From: Candidatus Krumholzibacteriia bacterium
Lineage (GTDB): Bacteria; Krumholzibacteriota; Krumholzibacteriia; JAJRXK01
DNA length: 64,000 nucleotides
Assembly: GCA_041484665.1 (NCBI GenBank)
Contig: JBGPIA010000006.1
Span: 161,468 to 225,467, forward strand
Reading direction: 5' to 3'
In this document: in pieces, positions 40,798 to 50,380 of the stretch
Numbering within the stretch: position 1 is the first letter of the stretch
Layout: each line of letters starts with the position of its first letter
The notes under the pieces: generated by a model
Seen by the model: the letters and a program-made list of their open reading frames with translations, nothing else
The model's database searches: none
What the model was told of the DNA's origin: nothing
Made by a program: the position numbers and the translations under genes

Positions 40798-42435
40798 ATG
40801 CACTCTGCCGCCCCCGCGTCGCCCACCTTCGCATTCCCATACCAATCCCAGATCCCCGCCGGCGCCCGTGTCGACCCGTCGCCGTATGCGATGCGCTACC
40901 TGATCGACGGCGAGATCCGCACCTGGGCCGGTGCCGGCTCCGACGTGCTCTCGCCGGTGTGCGTGCGGCAGGCCGACGGGTCGCTGCGGCGCGCGGTGGT
41001 CGGGCGTATGCCGATGCTGGATTCCGCCGAGGCGCTGGCGGCGCTGGCGGCGGCCCAGCGTGCGTGGAACCACGGTCGAGGCGAGTGGCCGACGTCGCGG
41101 GTGGCGCAGCGCATCCACTCCATGGAGCGCTTCGTCGACGGCATGGTGCAGGTGCGCGAGGACGTCGTCCGGCTGCTCATGTGGGAGATCGGAAAGTCGC
41201 GCAAGGATTCCGAGAGCGAGTTCGATCGCACGGTGGTCTACATCCGCGACACCGTCGACGAGCTCAAGGAACTGGACCGCACGGCCAGCCGCTTCGTCAT
41301 GGAGGAGGGCACGATCGGACAAATCCGCCGCTCGCCCCTGGGCGTCGTGCTGTGCATGGGGCCGTTCAACTACCCGCTGAACGAGACCTACACCACGCTG
41401 ATCCCGGCGCTGATCATGGGGAACACGGTGATCTCCAAGCTGCCCAAGCACGGGGCGCTGCTGCACGCGCCGCTGCTCGCGCCCATGCGCGACGCGTTCC
41501 CGCCGGGCGTCGTCAACATCATCCAGGGTGACGGGGCGACCGTGATCGGGCCGCTCATGCAGTCGGGCGAGGTCGACGTGCTGGCATTCATCGGGACCAG
41601 CCGCGTGGTGAACGTCCTGAAGAAGCAGCATCCGCGCCCCAACCGCTTGCGCTGCGTCACCGGGCTGGAGGCCAAGAACCCTGCGGTGGTGCTCGCCGAT
41701 GCCGACCTGGAGGTCGCGGTGCGCGAGTGCGTGTCCGGTGCCTTGTCGTTCAATGGCCAGCGTTGCACGGCGATCAAGCTGGTGTTCGTTCACGAGAGCG
41801 TGGCCGAGGAGTTCGTGCCCATGCTGGCCGCGGCCGTCGACTCCTTGAAGGGCGGCATGCCCTGGGAGCCGGGCGTGCAGGCGACGCCGCTGCCCGAGGA
41901 GGGCAAGCCCGCCGAGCTGACGCGGCTCGTGGAGGACGCGCTGCGCAAGGGCGCACGCATCGCCACCAACGGGGGCCACCTCGAGACAACCGGGAGCTGG
42001 TTCCGGCCGGCCGTCGTATTTCCGGTGCGCCCGGGGATGGAGCTGTGTGCGATCGAGCAATTCGGGCCGGTGGTGCCCGTGGCGGTCTATCGCGACGAGT
42101 CCGAGATCGACGCCTTCATGCGCGAGAGCCCCTACGGCCAGCAGGTGTCCCTGTTCGGTCGCGACCCCAAGCGCCTCGGGACGATGATCGACGCCCTAGT
42201 CAACCAGGTGTCGCGCATCAATTTGAACACCCAGTGCCGGCGCGGGCCCGACACCTTCCCCTTCACCGGACGCAAGGACTCTGCCGAGGGGACCCTATCG
42301 GTGCACGACGCCTTGCGGGCGTTCTCGATCCGAGCCCTGGTGGCCACCGCCGCCACCGACAGCAACAAGGAGCTGGTGACCGACATCGTGACCGGACGGC
42401 GGTCGCGGTTCCTGTCGACGGATTTCATCTTCTAG
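40798..42435 (+). CDS. Aldehyde dehydrogenase family, GapN-like NADP-dependent non-phosphorylating GAPDH
   Basis: GPFNYPLNE, FIGTS, GLEAKN, SFNGQRCTA (catalytic Cys) and EQFGP; AGGAG RBS. Confidence 0.87.
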   Translation: MHSAAPASPTFAFPYQSQIPAGARVDPSPYAMRYLIDGEIRTWAGAGSDVLSPVCVRQADGSLRRAVVGRMPMLDSAEALAALAAAQRAWNHGRGEWPTSRVAQRIHSMERFVDGMVQVREDVVRLLMWEIGKSRKDSESEFDRTVVYIRDTVDELKELDRTASRFVMEEGTIGQIRRSPLGVVLCMGPFNYPLNETYTTLIPALIMGNTVISKLPKHGALLHAPLLAPMRDAFPPGVVNIIQGDGATVIGPLMQSGEVDVLAFIGTSRVVNVLKKQHPRPNRLRCVTGLEAKNPAVVLADADLEVAVRECVSGALSFNGQRCTAIKLVFVHESVAEEFVPMLAAAVDSLKGGMPWEPGVQATPLPEEGKPAELTRLVEDALRKGARIATNGGHLETTGSWFRPAVVFPVRPGMELCAIEQFGPVVPVAVYRDESEIDAFMRESPYGQQVSLFGRDPKRLGTMIDALVNQVSRINLNTQCRRGPDTFPFTGRKDSAEGTLSVHDALRAFSIRALVATAATDSNKELVTDIVTGRRSRFLSTDFIF

Positions 42436-42589
42436 GCGCGGCGGCCGGCAGGATGCGCGCGGACGAATTCTGGGGGGTCAGGCCCGGGAGGGCGGACCTG
42501 GGGGGTTGGACCGGGAGGTCGGACCTGGGGGGCAAACCTGGGGGGACAGACTCCCGGCCGCTGCGCGGCGAGCCCTGCGAGCAAAAGTT

Positions 42590-43561
42590 CTAGCGCGCGG
42601 TGCGCATCCACTGCGCGCAGACGCGCAGTTGTTCGCGCATCTCCTCGGCCGCGCCGTGCCAGCGCCTTCCATGCCCGGGCAGCACCCACTCGAACGGGTG
42701 CTGCTGCTGCAGAGTGTGCAGCCGATCCATCGAAGCGATCTGCGCATCCCAGTCGTACCAGCAGGCGCTGCGGAAGGCGTACAGGTGCCCGCGTTTGTGG
42801 CTCCAGGCCAGGTGATCGCCGGTGAACAGGTAGCGATCGGCGAACAGCAGGCACGCCGATCCGCGCGTGTGCCCCGGCGTTGGGATCACGAGCAGGCTGG
42901 CCGTCTCCGCCGCGCCTGGCCCACCGGCACCGCCCGCGCCGCCGCCGGCGTTCGCTCCGCCATCCGCGGCGGCGACGTCCAGCAGCACCGGCTCCTCGCC
43001 TACGATCGGCCGCTCGATGTCGCGCGTGCCGTGCCCGAGGTCGGCCTGGTGCATCACACGCTCGCAGGCGAAGTGGTCGCGGTACTTGCGGTGATCGGCC
43101 ACGTCGTCCTGATGCGTCAGGAACATCCACCGCACGCCCCCCAGCTCCTCCAGGCGGTGCACCAGCGCCCCCGCCCAGCGCGGCGAGTCGACCAGCACAT
43201 TGCCCTGCGGCCGCACGATGAGGTAGCTGGCGGCCCCAAAGCTCGACTCGGCGTGGTAGCCGCAGTGGTACACGTCGCCCTTGGGGCTGCCGTCGATCCG
43301 GTCCGGGAGCGCGGCCTTCGCCCCTGGGATGTCATGCTTCTCCGTCGTTCCGATAGAACCCGTGGGGCATGAGATCAGCGCCAGCAGCGCGCGCCTGCGC
43401 TCCTCCTCGGTGACGGGCTGCCAGTAGACGCGCGACTGGCTGTCCTGCTTGTTGAACGTGGCGGGCGCCATCCAGCGGCAGGTCTCGCAGTCGATGCAGG
43501 TCTCATCGACGAAGAAATCGCCGGCGACGTTGGTGGCGAGTCTGCGCTTGGGTGAGGCCAT
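42590..43561 (-). CDS. Ferredoxin-fused MBL-fold metallohydrolase
   Basis: N-terminal CIDCETC...CPTGSIG; THQDDVADH, TPGHTRGS, FTGDH and LPGHG. Confidence 0.9.
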   Translation of the reverse strand: MASPKRRLATNVAGDFFVDETCIDCETCRWMAPATFNKQDSQSRVYWQPVTEEERRRALLALISCPTGSIGTTEKHDIPGAKAALPDRIDGSPKGDVYHCGYHAESSFGAASYLIVRPQGNVLVDSPRWAGALVHRLEELGGVRWMFLTHQDDVADHRKYRDHFACERVMHQADLGHGTRDIERPIVGEEPVLLDVAAADGGANAGGGAGGAGGPGAAETASLLVIPTPGHTRGSACLLFADRYLFTGDHLAWSHKRGHLYAFRSACWYDWDAQIASMDRLHTLQQQHPFEWVLPGHGRRWHGAAEEMREQLRVCAQWMRTAR

Positions 43562-43664
43562 GGTCGTGCCAGCTTCGGGGGCTGCATCCGCGGCGGGGGA
43601 ACTGGGCGCAGAGCCGCTCGCGGATCGGGGAGCGGATCCGGGGCCTACTCGGCGGATCCGGGGC

Positions 43665-44135
43665 CTACTTGTGGATCTGCTCGGCCAGGTAGCGCTCCTT
43701 GCCGATTTCGGCGATGACGTGGAGCTGACCCTCCAGCCAGTCCGCCGAGGCCTCCTCGCCGTGGAGGACCTCGACGAGCATCTCCCGCGTCCCGTTGTCG
43801 CCGATCTCGCGACATACCGCGATGGCCTTGTTCAGGCGCGCGATGGCGGCGGTCTCCAGCTCTAGGTCGAGCCGGTGCTGCTCGACGGCATCCTCGCCGA
43901 CCTTGATGGGGTTGAGGCGCTGCACGTTGGGGACCCCCTCTAGGTACAGGATGCGGTCGATGATCTGGTCGGCGTCCTTCATCTCCTCAAGCGCATCCGC
44001 GCGCTTGCGGTGGCCCAGCTTCTCGTAGCCCCAGTTCTCGCACATCTTGGAGTGGACGAAGTACTGGTTGATGGCGGTGAGCTCGGCGGTCAGGACGTCA
44101 TTGAGCGCCTCGAGGATCCGCGGGTCGCCGCGCAT
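43665..44135 (-). CDS. bfr: Bacterioferritin
   Basis: MRGDPRILEALNDVLTAELTAINQYFVH, EEMKDAD, RILYLEGVPN and IGKERYL. Confidence 0.93.
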   Translation of the reverse strand: MRGDPRILEALNDVLTAELTAINQYFVHSKMCENWGYEKLGHRKRADALEEMKDADQIIDRILYLEGVPNVQRLNPIKVGEDAVEQHRLDLELETAAIARLNKAIAVCREIGDNGTREMLVEVLHGEEASADWLEGQLHVIAEIGKERYLAEQIHK

Positions 44136-44307
44136 GCCTGCCTCCTTGGGGTGCGGGGGGGTCAAGACGGGGTGCAGAGAAGCGGGGGCACTTGAGGGTA
44201 AGACATGCTCGGGGCGGCGACCAGGCCTGGCAGGTACACCCGCCAGATCGCCTTGGAGCGGCGCGCGTCCGGCCCACCTCGTGCTCCGGATCCGCTCGCC
44301 TCGCCGT

Positions 44308-44538
44308 TCAGGGTTTCCCGGTGAGCGCCACCTCGCGCGAGGGCCGCAGCTGCTCGCCCGCTTCGCACTGGATCAGCAGTTGCTCGCGGGCGATCACGGA
44401 TTGGATGGTCTGGAGGCAGCCGGCGCAGTCCGTCCCAGCGCCGCACGCACGACCGATTTCGGGGATAGTGCCGCAGCCTCGCCGCACCAGCGCGCGGATC
44501 TGGCGGTCCGTGACTCCCTTGCATTGGCAGACGATCAT
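44308..44538 (-). CDS. bfd: Bacterioferritin-associated [2Fe-2S] ferredoxin
   Basis: MIVCQCKGVTD...GAGTDCAGC, directly upstream of bfr. Confidence 0.88.
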   Translation of the reverse strand: MIVCQCKGVTDRQIRALVRRGCGTIPEIGRACGAGTDCAGCLQTIQSVIAREQLLIQCEAGEQLRPSREVALTGKP

Positions 44539-44616
44539 GGCTGACCCAGTCTGACAGTCGTGGCCCCGGGGGTGGTGGCCCTGCGCCGTATACAGGTCAA
44601 GCTAGGAAAAGTGAAA

Positions 44617-44632
44617 TTGAAAAGCAAAATCA
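44617..44632. promoter_or_regulatory. Fur-box-like operator upstream of bfd
   Basis: TGAAAAG-C-AAAATCA matches 10 of 14 positions of TGATAAT-N-ATTATCA and lies in an AT-rich island 80 bp upstream of bfd. Confidence 0.45.
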
Positions 44633-44772
44633 TGTCTAGATGCGACGACATCTGCGAGCGCAACCGGTGGAGGGTGGCGAAATCGACGCGTTGAACACGC
44701 ATAACTCAGGATTTCATAGAAGTTTAAAGATTTACCATTTGGTGAAACACTGAATGGAGCAATACGAACTCC

Positions 44773-45549
44773 CTACGCGACCTCCCCTTGCAGCTCCCGA
44801 GCCAGCTCCGTGAGGCCGGCCAGCGCCGGCGCCGTTCGCACGCCGTACCAGAACAGGTCCTCCCCATCGATCAGCCGGATCCGGACGGGACGGCCTCCCG
44901 CGGCCAGCACCGACTCGCGCAGCTTCTCTCCTTCCTCCGCCGTGAATTTGTGCGGCTCGCTGGGAAGGAGCAGCAGGTCCACGCCCAGGGTCGCGATCTG
45001 CTCGATCGTGACCTCTGGGTAGCGGGCGTCGCCCACCCGCGGCACCTCGAAGCCGGCCTCGCCGAGGAGGCCCCCGCAGTAACGGTCGGGAGCGGCCGTC
45101 ATGAGTGGGCGGTGCCAGACCAGCGGCAGACAGCGGATCCGGCGTCGCGCCGAGCGGGCTAGCGCAGCCGCCTCACGGGCCTCGCGCAGGCGGCGCACCT
45201 GCTCGCGCGCCGAGGCCGCTCGGCCGAGGCGCTCCCCTAGTTGGAGCAACATGGGCTCGACCTCGGCGGCCCCCGGAAGATCCGCGACGAACAGCTCGAT
45301 GCCGGCACGCTGCAACTCCACGGCGTCCTGGTGACGGTTCTCGTCGCGGTCCATCAGGATCAGGTCCGGGGCCAGCGCGAGGATGCGGCGCATCCGTGGG
45401 GTCTTCGTGCCCCCCATCACCGGGATCTCCCGTACCAGTGGCTGCGGATGCACGCAGAAGGAGGTCCGCCCCACGATTTCTTCAGGGCCTAGGCCCAGCC
45501 CGAAGGCGGTCTCCGTCAGCGACGGAACGAGGCTCACCACGCGGAGCAT
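44773..45549 (-). CDS. Helical-backbone metal/cobalamin-binding protein (BtuF-like)
   Basis: RVVSLVPSLTE, GRTSFCVHP, GGTKTP, LPSEPHKF and IDGEDLFWYG. Confidence 0.85.
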   Translation of the reverse strand: MLRVVSLVPSLTETAFGLGLGPEEIVGRTSFCVHPQPLVREIPVMGGTKTPRMRRILALAPDLILMDRDENRHQDAVELQRAGIELFVADLPGAAEVEPMLLQLGERLGRAASAREQVRRLREAREAAALARSARRRIRCLPLVWHRPLMTAAPDRYCGGLLGEAGFEVPRVGDARYPEVTIEQIATLGVDLLLLPSEPHKFTAEEGEKLRESVLAAGGRPVRIRLIDGEDLFWYGVRTAPALAGLTELARELQGEVA

Positions 45550-45696
45550 GTGTCTCCCGCAGGGGCAGCGCTAGTACGGCGGGTCGCGGTGGCCCGCGGG
45601 GACGTGCAGCTCCGCGCCGCGGCGGCGGCGACCCCGGTTGCGGCAGCAGCGGCGACCCCCGTTGCGGCAGCGGCGGCGCCTGCGATCTTGACCGGC

Positions 45697-46239
45697 ATGC
45701 CCACCCCCGCACGGTTGGCTCCGCTCGCGCTGGAGCGCCCTTTCTTCCTCACCCTGGGCGGGCTGTGGTTCGCTGTGCTGCTGGTGCTGGGCCACGTGCT
45801 GGCGGCGGGCATCGTCGTACGCGTGCGGCGTCGCGCTTGGAACGACTTCGCCGCGGTCATGATCATGGGCGCCTGCGTCGTCGTGGCCGGGGTCGCGGGG
45901 ATCCTCCTGGACATGTGGTACTTCCACTCGTGGGGTTTCGGCGTTTTCATGGGGACGGTCTTCTGCCTCGCCTCCGACCTGGGGCGCGGCAAGCCCTCAG
46001 TCGCCGAGCCGGTCAATGGCGGGCCCGCCGGGGGCGGGCCCGCAGACGGTGGCGCCGGCGACGATCGCATCCCTTCTCTAGTCGGGCTTGGCCCCCGCGC
46101 GCGGCGGACCGCGCCGCTGCCTCACCGACCCAAGGCCTCCCCCGCCTCAGGCGCGGGCTTTGCCCACCGCCTGCCACGCCGCCACGTTGCGCTCGATCTG
46201 GGCGGAGTGTTGCTCCAGATGGCCTGCGTAGATCTGTAG
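45697..46239 (+). CDS. Possible small membrane protein
   Basis: Three hydrophobic segments at 45740-45975. The tail is low-complexity and overlaps the opposite-strand DinB gene. Confidence 0.35.
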   Translation: MPTPARLAPLALERPFFLTLGGLWFAVLLVLGHVLAAGIVVRVRRRAWNDFAAVMIMGACVVVAGVAGILLDMWYFHSWGFGVFMGTVFCLASDLGRGKPSVAEPVNGGPAGGGPADGGAGDDRIPSLVGLGPRARRTAPLPHRPKASPASGAGFAHRLPRRHVALDLGGVLLQMACVDL

Positions 46240-46647
46240 CCAGCGGTCGCCCGAATAGGCTCCCGATTCTGTATGACGCCCTACCTTGTCCCAAGCGGAG
46301 TCCGGCAGAGACCGCAGCAGCGGCACCGTATTGGCACGGACCGCCTCGATGGCCACCAGGGCCGGCTCGAGCGGATGGCTGTGGTAGTCCAGCGTCGTCG
46401 CCCAGCAGTCCTGATCGTAGCCGAGGATCAACGGTTCCTTCTCGGCCAGCAGGAAGCGGATACGCCCCGCCGCGGTGGTCTCGGAGTCGGCGCAGTGGAC
46501 GACGACCTCGTGGGCGCTCCACTTGCCCGCGCCGGGACGCCACTTGCGGGCTTCCTCGGGGACCTTCGCCAGGGCGGCTCTGAGGCGCGCGGGTCCCTGG
46601 GCGTATTGCTGGATGAGGCGCTCGCGTTCGGCGGCGCTGATGGGCAT
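46147..46647 (-). CDS. DinB/YfiT-family protein
   Basis: GKWSAHEVVVHCADSE, YDQD and HLEQHSAQI; AGGAGG RBS. Confidence 0.87.
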   Translation of the reverse strand: MPISAAERERLIQQYAQGPARLRAALAKVPEEARKWRPGAGKWSAHEVVVHCADSETTAAGRIRFLLAEKEPLILGYDQDCWATTLDYHSHPLEPALVAIEAVRANTVPLLRSLPDSAWDKVGRHTESGAYSGDRWLQIYAGHLEQHSAQIERNVAAWQAVGKARA

Positions 46648-46733
46648 GGCTGACCTCCTTGGTGGGGGTGCGGGCCGGGGGTCCCAAGATGATCGTCGCG
46701 CCAGCGCGCCTCCGCCACGCGCGGGGAAGCCGC

Positions 46734-48095
46734 TCAATCGGGGACGCGGCGGGCGCTCCGTCTGTGGCGCAGCCACAGATACCAGGGAAGCGGGAGCGCG
46801 CACACCAGCAGCGTCAACAGCAGGACCCTCCCCCCCGCGCCAACGATCATGAGCACAGCGATGAGGATCCCCAATGTCGCGGTCACGCGTCCGCGGCGAC
46901 GCTGCCCCGCGCTGAAGCGCTCCGGCTCGCGACGCATCAGAGCCAGCTGCGCGGCGCAGGTGCCCCCGATAGCAACCAACGCCGTCGCGGTCGAAGCCAG
47001 GGCGATCAAGTTGTACGCGTCCAGCAGCGTGTGGCTGAAGTAGAGCAGCACCAGCGCGGCCGGAACGGTCGAGGACACGACCAGCCCGAGCGTGGGCACG
47101 CCCGTGCGGGAGTGCAGGCGCTCGAAGATGCGGGGAGCAAGCCGTTGCCGTGCGGCAGCCCACGGCAGACGCCCCGTCACCAGCAGCCAGCCGTTGAGGA
47201 CGCCGGCGACGGAGACCAGCGCGCCAACGCTCAGCAGGACCTCTCCGAAGCGCCCCATCACGCGCCGCCCGGCGTGCGCCAGCGGGTGGGCCGTACCGGC
47301 GATCTCCGAGCCCGGAATTCCCAGCGCGAGTGACCCCGCCACGAGCAGGTAGACGCACGCCGCCAGGCCGTAGCCCGCGTAGGCCGATCGGCGCAGCGTG
47401 CGCCCTCCACCGCGCACCTCTTCCGCGGGCACGGTGACCGCCTCGGCTCCGAGGAAGAGCCAGGCGATGAGGCTGGCGGCCGGCAGCAGCGCTCCCACCC
47501 CGCGGGGTGCGAACGGGTGGAGGTTCGCCACCGACCCGTGGGCCAGCAGGGCCAGCGAAAGCACCAGCAGCGGCACCACCTTCAGGACGGTGGTGATGAT
47601 TTGCACCGATCCGGCCGCGCGCACCCCGGCCACGTTGACGGCGGTGAGCGTCCACAGCAGCGCCTGGGCGACGACGAACGCCAGGAGCGGAGACCCCAAC
47701 GCCGGAACGAACACCTGCAGGTAGCCGACGAAGGCCGTGAGGAACGCCGCGTTCGCACTGACGCACGAGATCCAGTACAGGAAGGCGGTCAAGAGTCCGG
47801 CCAGGTCGCCGAACGCGCGCTGCGCGTAGATCTGCAGCCCGCCGGAGATTGGATACGCACCGGAGAGGTCCGCGTACACCGACGTGAGACACAGATAGCC
47901 CAGCGTAACGAGCAACCACGCGAAGAGAGACACCGGGCCGGCGCGGTCGGCGAGCGTCGCGGGGATGACGTAGATCCCCGAGCCGATCATGCTGCCGCCC
48001 ACCAGCGCGGTGGCGGCCGCGAAGCCCAGGGCCTGGACGAGGCCGCGGCTCGGCTCCCGCTGGTCTGTGGCTGGGGTCCTCACGTCGTCGCCCAC
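46734..48095 (-). CDS. APC-family amino acid/polyamine permease
   Basis: GSMIGSGIY, GGLQIYAQRAFG and WLFLGAE; about 12 TM segments. Confidence 0.9.
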   Translation of the reverse strand: MGDDVRTPATDQREPSRGLVQALGFAAATALVGGSMIGSGIYVIPATLADRAGPVSLFAWLLVTLGYLCLTSVYADLSGAYPISGGLQIYAQRAFGDLAGLLTAFLYWISCVSANAAFLTAFVGYLQVFVPALGSPLLAFVVAQALLWTLTAVNVAGVRAAGSVQIITTVLKVVPLLVLSLALLAHGSVANLHPFAPRGVGALLPAASLIAWLFLGAEAVTVPAEEVRGGGRTLRRSAYAGYGLAACVYLLVAGSLALGIPGSEIAGTAHPLAHAGRRVMGRFGEVLLSVGALVSVAGVLNGWLLVTGRLPWAAARQRLAPRIFERLHSRTGVPTLGLVVSSTVPAALVLLYFSHTLLDAYNLIALASTATALVAIGGTCAAQLALMRREPERFSAGQRRRGRVTATLGILIAVLMIVGAGGRVLLLTLLVCALPLPWYLWLRHRRSARRVPD

Positions 48096-48257
48096 CCGCT
48101 AGTTCGTCCTCACTGGATCCGGCGGCCGCGGCGGAAACCTCTTCGGATCGGCCGGGGGGTACGCACGGCGAGCAATGACTGTCCTGTGCCGGGGAGAGGG
48201 TTGTCAAGGCGCAGCGCTCCGGCCGCCGACAGCTCACGCCAGCTCTGCCGACAGCGC

Positions 48258-48295
48258 GATGTCTCCGGCGTCGACGTAAGTACATTGTGCTTACG
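48258..48295 (-). promoter_or_regulatory. Palindromic intergenic element, copy 1
   Basis: GTAAGTACATTGTGCTTAC at 48276-48294 plus a flank shared with the copy at 50177. Confidence 0.5.
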
Positions 48296-48552
48296 AGCGC
48301 CTCGGACACGGTGCAGGCTGGGGGGCCCGCGGATTCGCTGCTGGCGTACGACGGCCGGCGATTGTCCGGCTTCGTGCGGGACCGACGGCGCGGGCAGCGC
48401 GGCCTGCCGAACTGGCGAGCGCAAGACCACCAACGGGTAGGACTGTCGGCTCGTGATATCCTGGCAGGCCCCGCCCGCGACGACGCGGTGGAGACCCATG
48501 TGGACGCGGCGGGACCCAGCGGACCAGCGCGGTGCCGGTGAGGTGATCTGAA

Positions 48553-49134
48553 ATGCAGACCCGTTTCGAGTGGGGTGACCGCCTCCCGACCCTCAGCGCG
48601 CCGCGTGTCGTCCTGCGCTGGCTCGAGCAGGATGACGTGCCACAGCTTTACGCCGTCTTTGCCGATCCCGAGGTCATGCGCTACTGGAGCACCGCTCCCC
48701 TCACGGATCTCGCAGCGGCGGGGAAGCTCCTGCTGGATATCCACGACCTCTTCCGCACGCGGACGCTGTTCCAGTGGGGGATTGCGCGTCGCGCCGATGA
48801 CGTCGTGATCGGGACATGCACGTTGTTCCACCTCGACGCTACGCACCGGCGGGCCGAGATCGGCTACGCCCTGGGCCGCGCGCACTGGGGGCAAGGGCTC
48901 ATGCGGGAGGCCCTCGCAGCCCTGTTCGGGTTCGCCTTCGGCGAGCTGGGGCTGCACCGGATCGAAGCCGACGTCGATCCACGCAATGAGGGGTCGATCC
49001 GGATCCTCGAGAAGCAGGGGTTTCAGCGGGAGGGACTTCTGCGCGAGCGTTACCATGTCGGCGGCGAGGTGCAGGACGCGCTGTACTTCGGGCTGCTGCG
49101 ACCTGAATGGCGTGACCGGCCCCGCGAGGGCTGA
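48553..49134 (+). CDS. RimJ/RimL-type GNAT acetyltransferase
   Basis: DPEVMRYW, AEIGYALGRAHWGQGLMREA, HRIEADVDPRN and GFQREGLLR. Confidence 0.9.
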   Translation: MQTRFEWGDRLPTLSAPRVVLRWLEQDDVPQLYAVFADPEVMRYWSTAPLTDLAAAGKLLLDIHDLFRTRTLFQWGIARRADDVVIGTCTLFHLDATHRRAEIGYALGRAHWGQGLMREALAALFGFAFGELGLHRIEADVDPRNEGSIRILEKQGFQREGLLRERYHVGGEVQDALYFGLLRPEWRDRPREG

Positions 49135-49173
49135 CCGGGCGTTGACGGTGCGCCGGCAGTGCGTTGACATCCT

Positions 49174-49890
49174 TCAGGCCTCACCCTCGGGCTGGGTGCG
49201 GTCCAACTCGTGTTGCTTGCCTTGCTCGCGCCGCGCGCGCTCCTCCAGCTGCGCAAGCTCCTCGAGCGCCTTGAGCTCGCGCAGTCCTTTGACGTGGCGC
49301 CACACCCACCAGACGGCCCCCACGACGATCACCATTCCAATCACCACGTCGAAGCGATGGAACCACGGCTTGATCGCCGTCCAGTTGTCCCCCAACTTCT
49401 TGCCGGCCCAGGCCAGCACCCAGCACCATGGCAGGCTGCCCGCAAACGTGTAGACGATGAACCGCGGCATGTTCATGCGCACGACGCCAGCAGGAAATGC
49501 GATGAACGTACGCACGACGGGCAGCAGCCGGCTGGCGAAGACAATCCAGTCGCCATGGCGGGCGAACATGCGGTCGGCCAGCTCGAGGTCGTGGGCGCTG
49601 ATGAGCACCCACCTTCCGTAGCGCTGGAGGAAGCGGCGCCCGCCGTAGAGCCCGGCATAGTAGGCGGGGATGGAGCCGGCGACGCATCCAAGCGCCCCCG
49701 CCAGCGCGACTCCCCAGAGCGTGAACACCCCCAGCGAGACCAGCGAGCCTGCGAACGGCATGATGACTTCCGAGGGCAGCGGGATACACGCGCTCTCGAT
49801 ACCCATCAGCAATACGATCCCGCCGTAGCCCATCGACTGCTCGACATGCTGGATGAAGTGGGCGAGCGACTCGAGGATGCTGGCGATCAC
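49174..49890 (-). CDS. DedA-family membrane protein
   Basis: ESACIPLPSEVIMPFAG and RLLPVVRTFIAFPAG. Confidence 0.92.
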   Translation of the reverse strand: MIASILESLAHFIQHVEQSMGYGGIVLLMGIESACIPLPSEVIMPFAGSLVSLGVFTLWGVALAGALGCVAGSIPAYYAGLYGGRRFLQRYGRWVLISAHDLELADRMFARHGDWIVFASRLLPVVRTFIAFPAGVVRMNMPRFIVYTFAGSLPWCWVLAWAGKKLGDNWTAIKPWFHRFDVVIGMVIVVGAVWWVWRHVKGLRELKALEELAQLEERARREQGKQHELDRTQPEGEA

Positions 49891-50176
49891 CGCGTACTCC
49901 TGTTGCGAGTGGCTCGGCGGGCATGGCGGGAACGGCGAGCGCGGCCGACGCGTGGGATACGGGCCGCCGCCGGGAGGCGCCGGGAGTCAATCGGGAGCCG
50001 CCAGGATACGCGCCCGGAGGCGCCCCACGCCAGTGCGACAGCAAGGCCCTGGGCGGGCGCGGGCTGCGCTGCCGGCCGGTCATCGCAGCGACCGCTCGGA
50101 GTATGTATGCCTCCGGCGCGGCGGTGCATATAATGTGATTACGCACCATCCGGATGTGCCCCCCGCGGCGCGCTGG

Positions 50177-50214
50177 CGTAAGCACATTGTGCTCACATGC
50201 CCGCCGGAGATATG
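50177..50214 (+). promoter_or_regulatory. Palindromic intergenic element, copy 2
   Basis: CGTAAGCACATTGTGCTCAC-N5-CGCCGGAGATAT. Confidence 0.5.
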
Positions 50215-50380
50215 TAGGGATGGCGCCCGGTGGGCGGGCGCCCAGGGGGCGGGCTTCGCGCCAACGGACCATGCGCTCGGGCGGGTCGGGCGGGTCGGCG
50301 CTTCCGAGGTCCGCGGATCACCGCTACACTGCTGCGTCCGACGCCTCACAGGCCCCTCGCGGCCAAGCTCCGGAGGAAGC

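Noticed and set aside
46648..49170. 1007-aa minus-strand ORF
   Set aside because: Only the last 166 codons (DinB) are protein-like; the rest overlaps the permease and GNAT genes in shadow frames.
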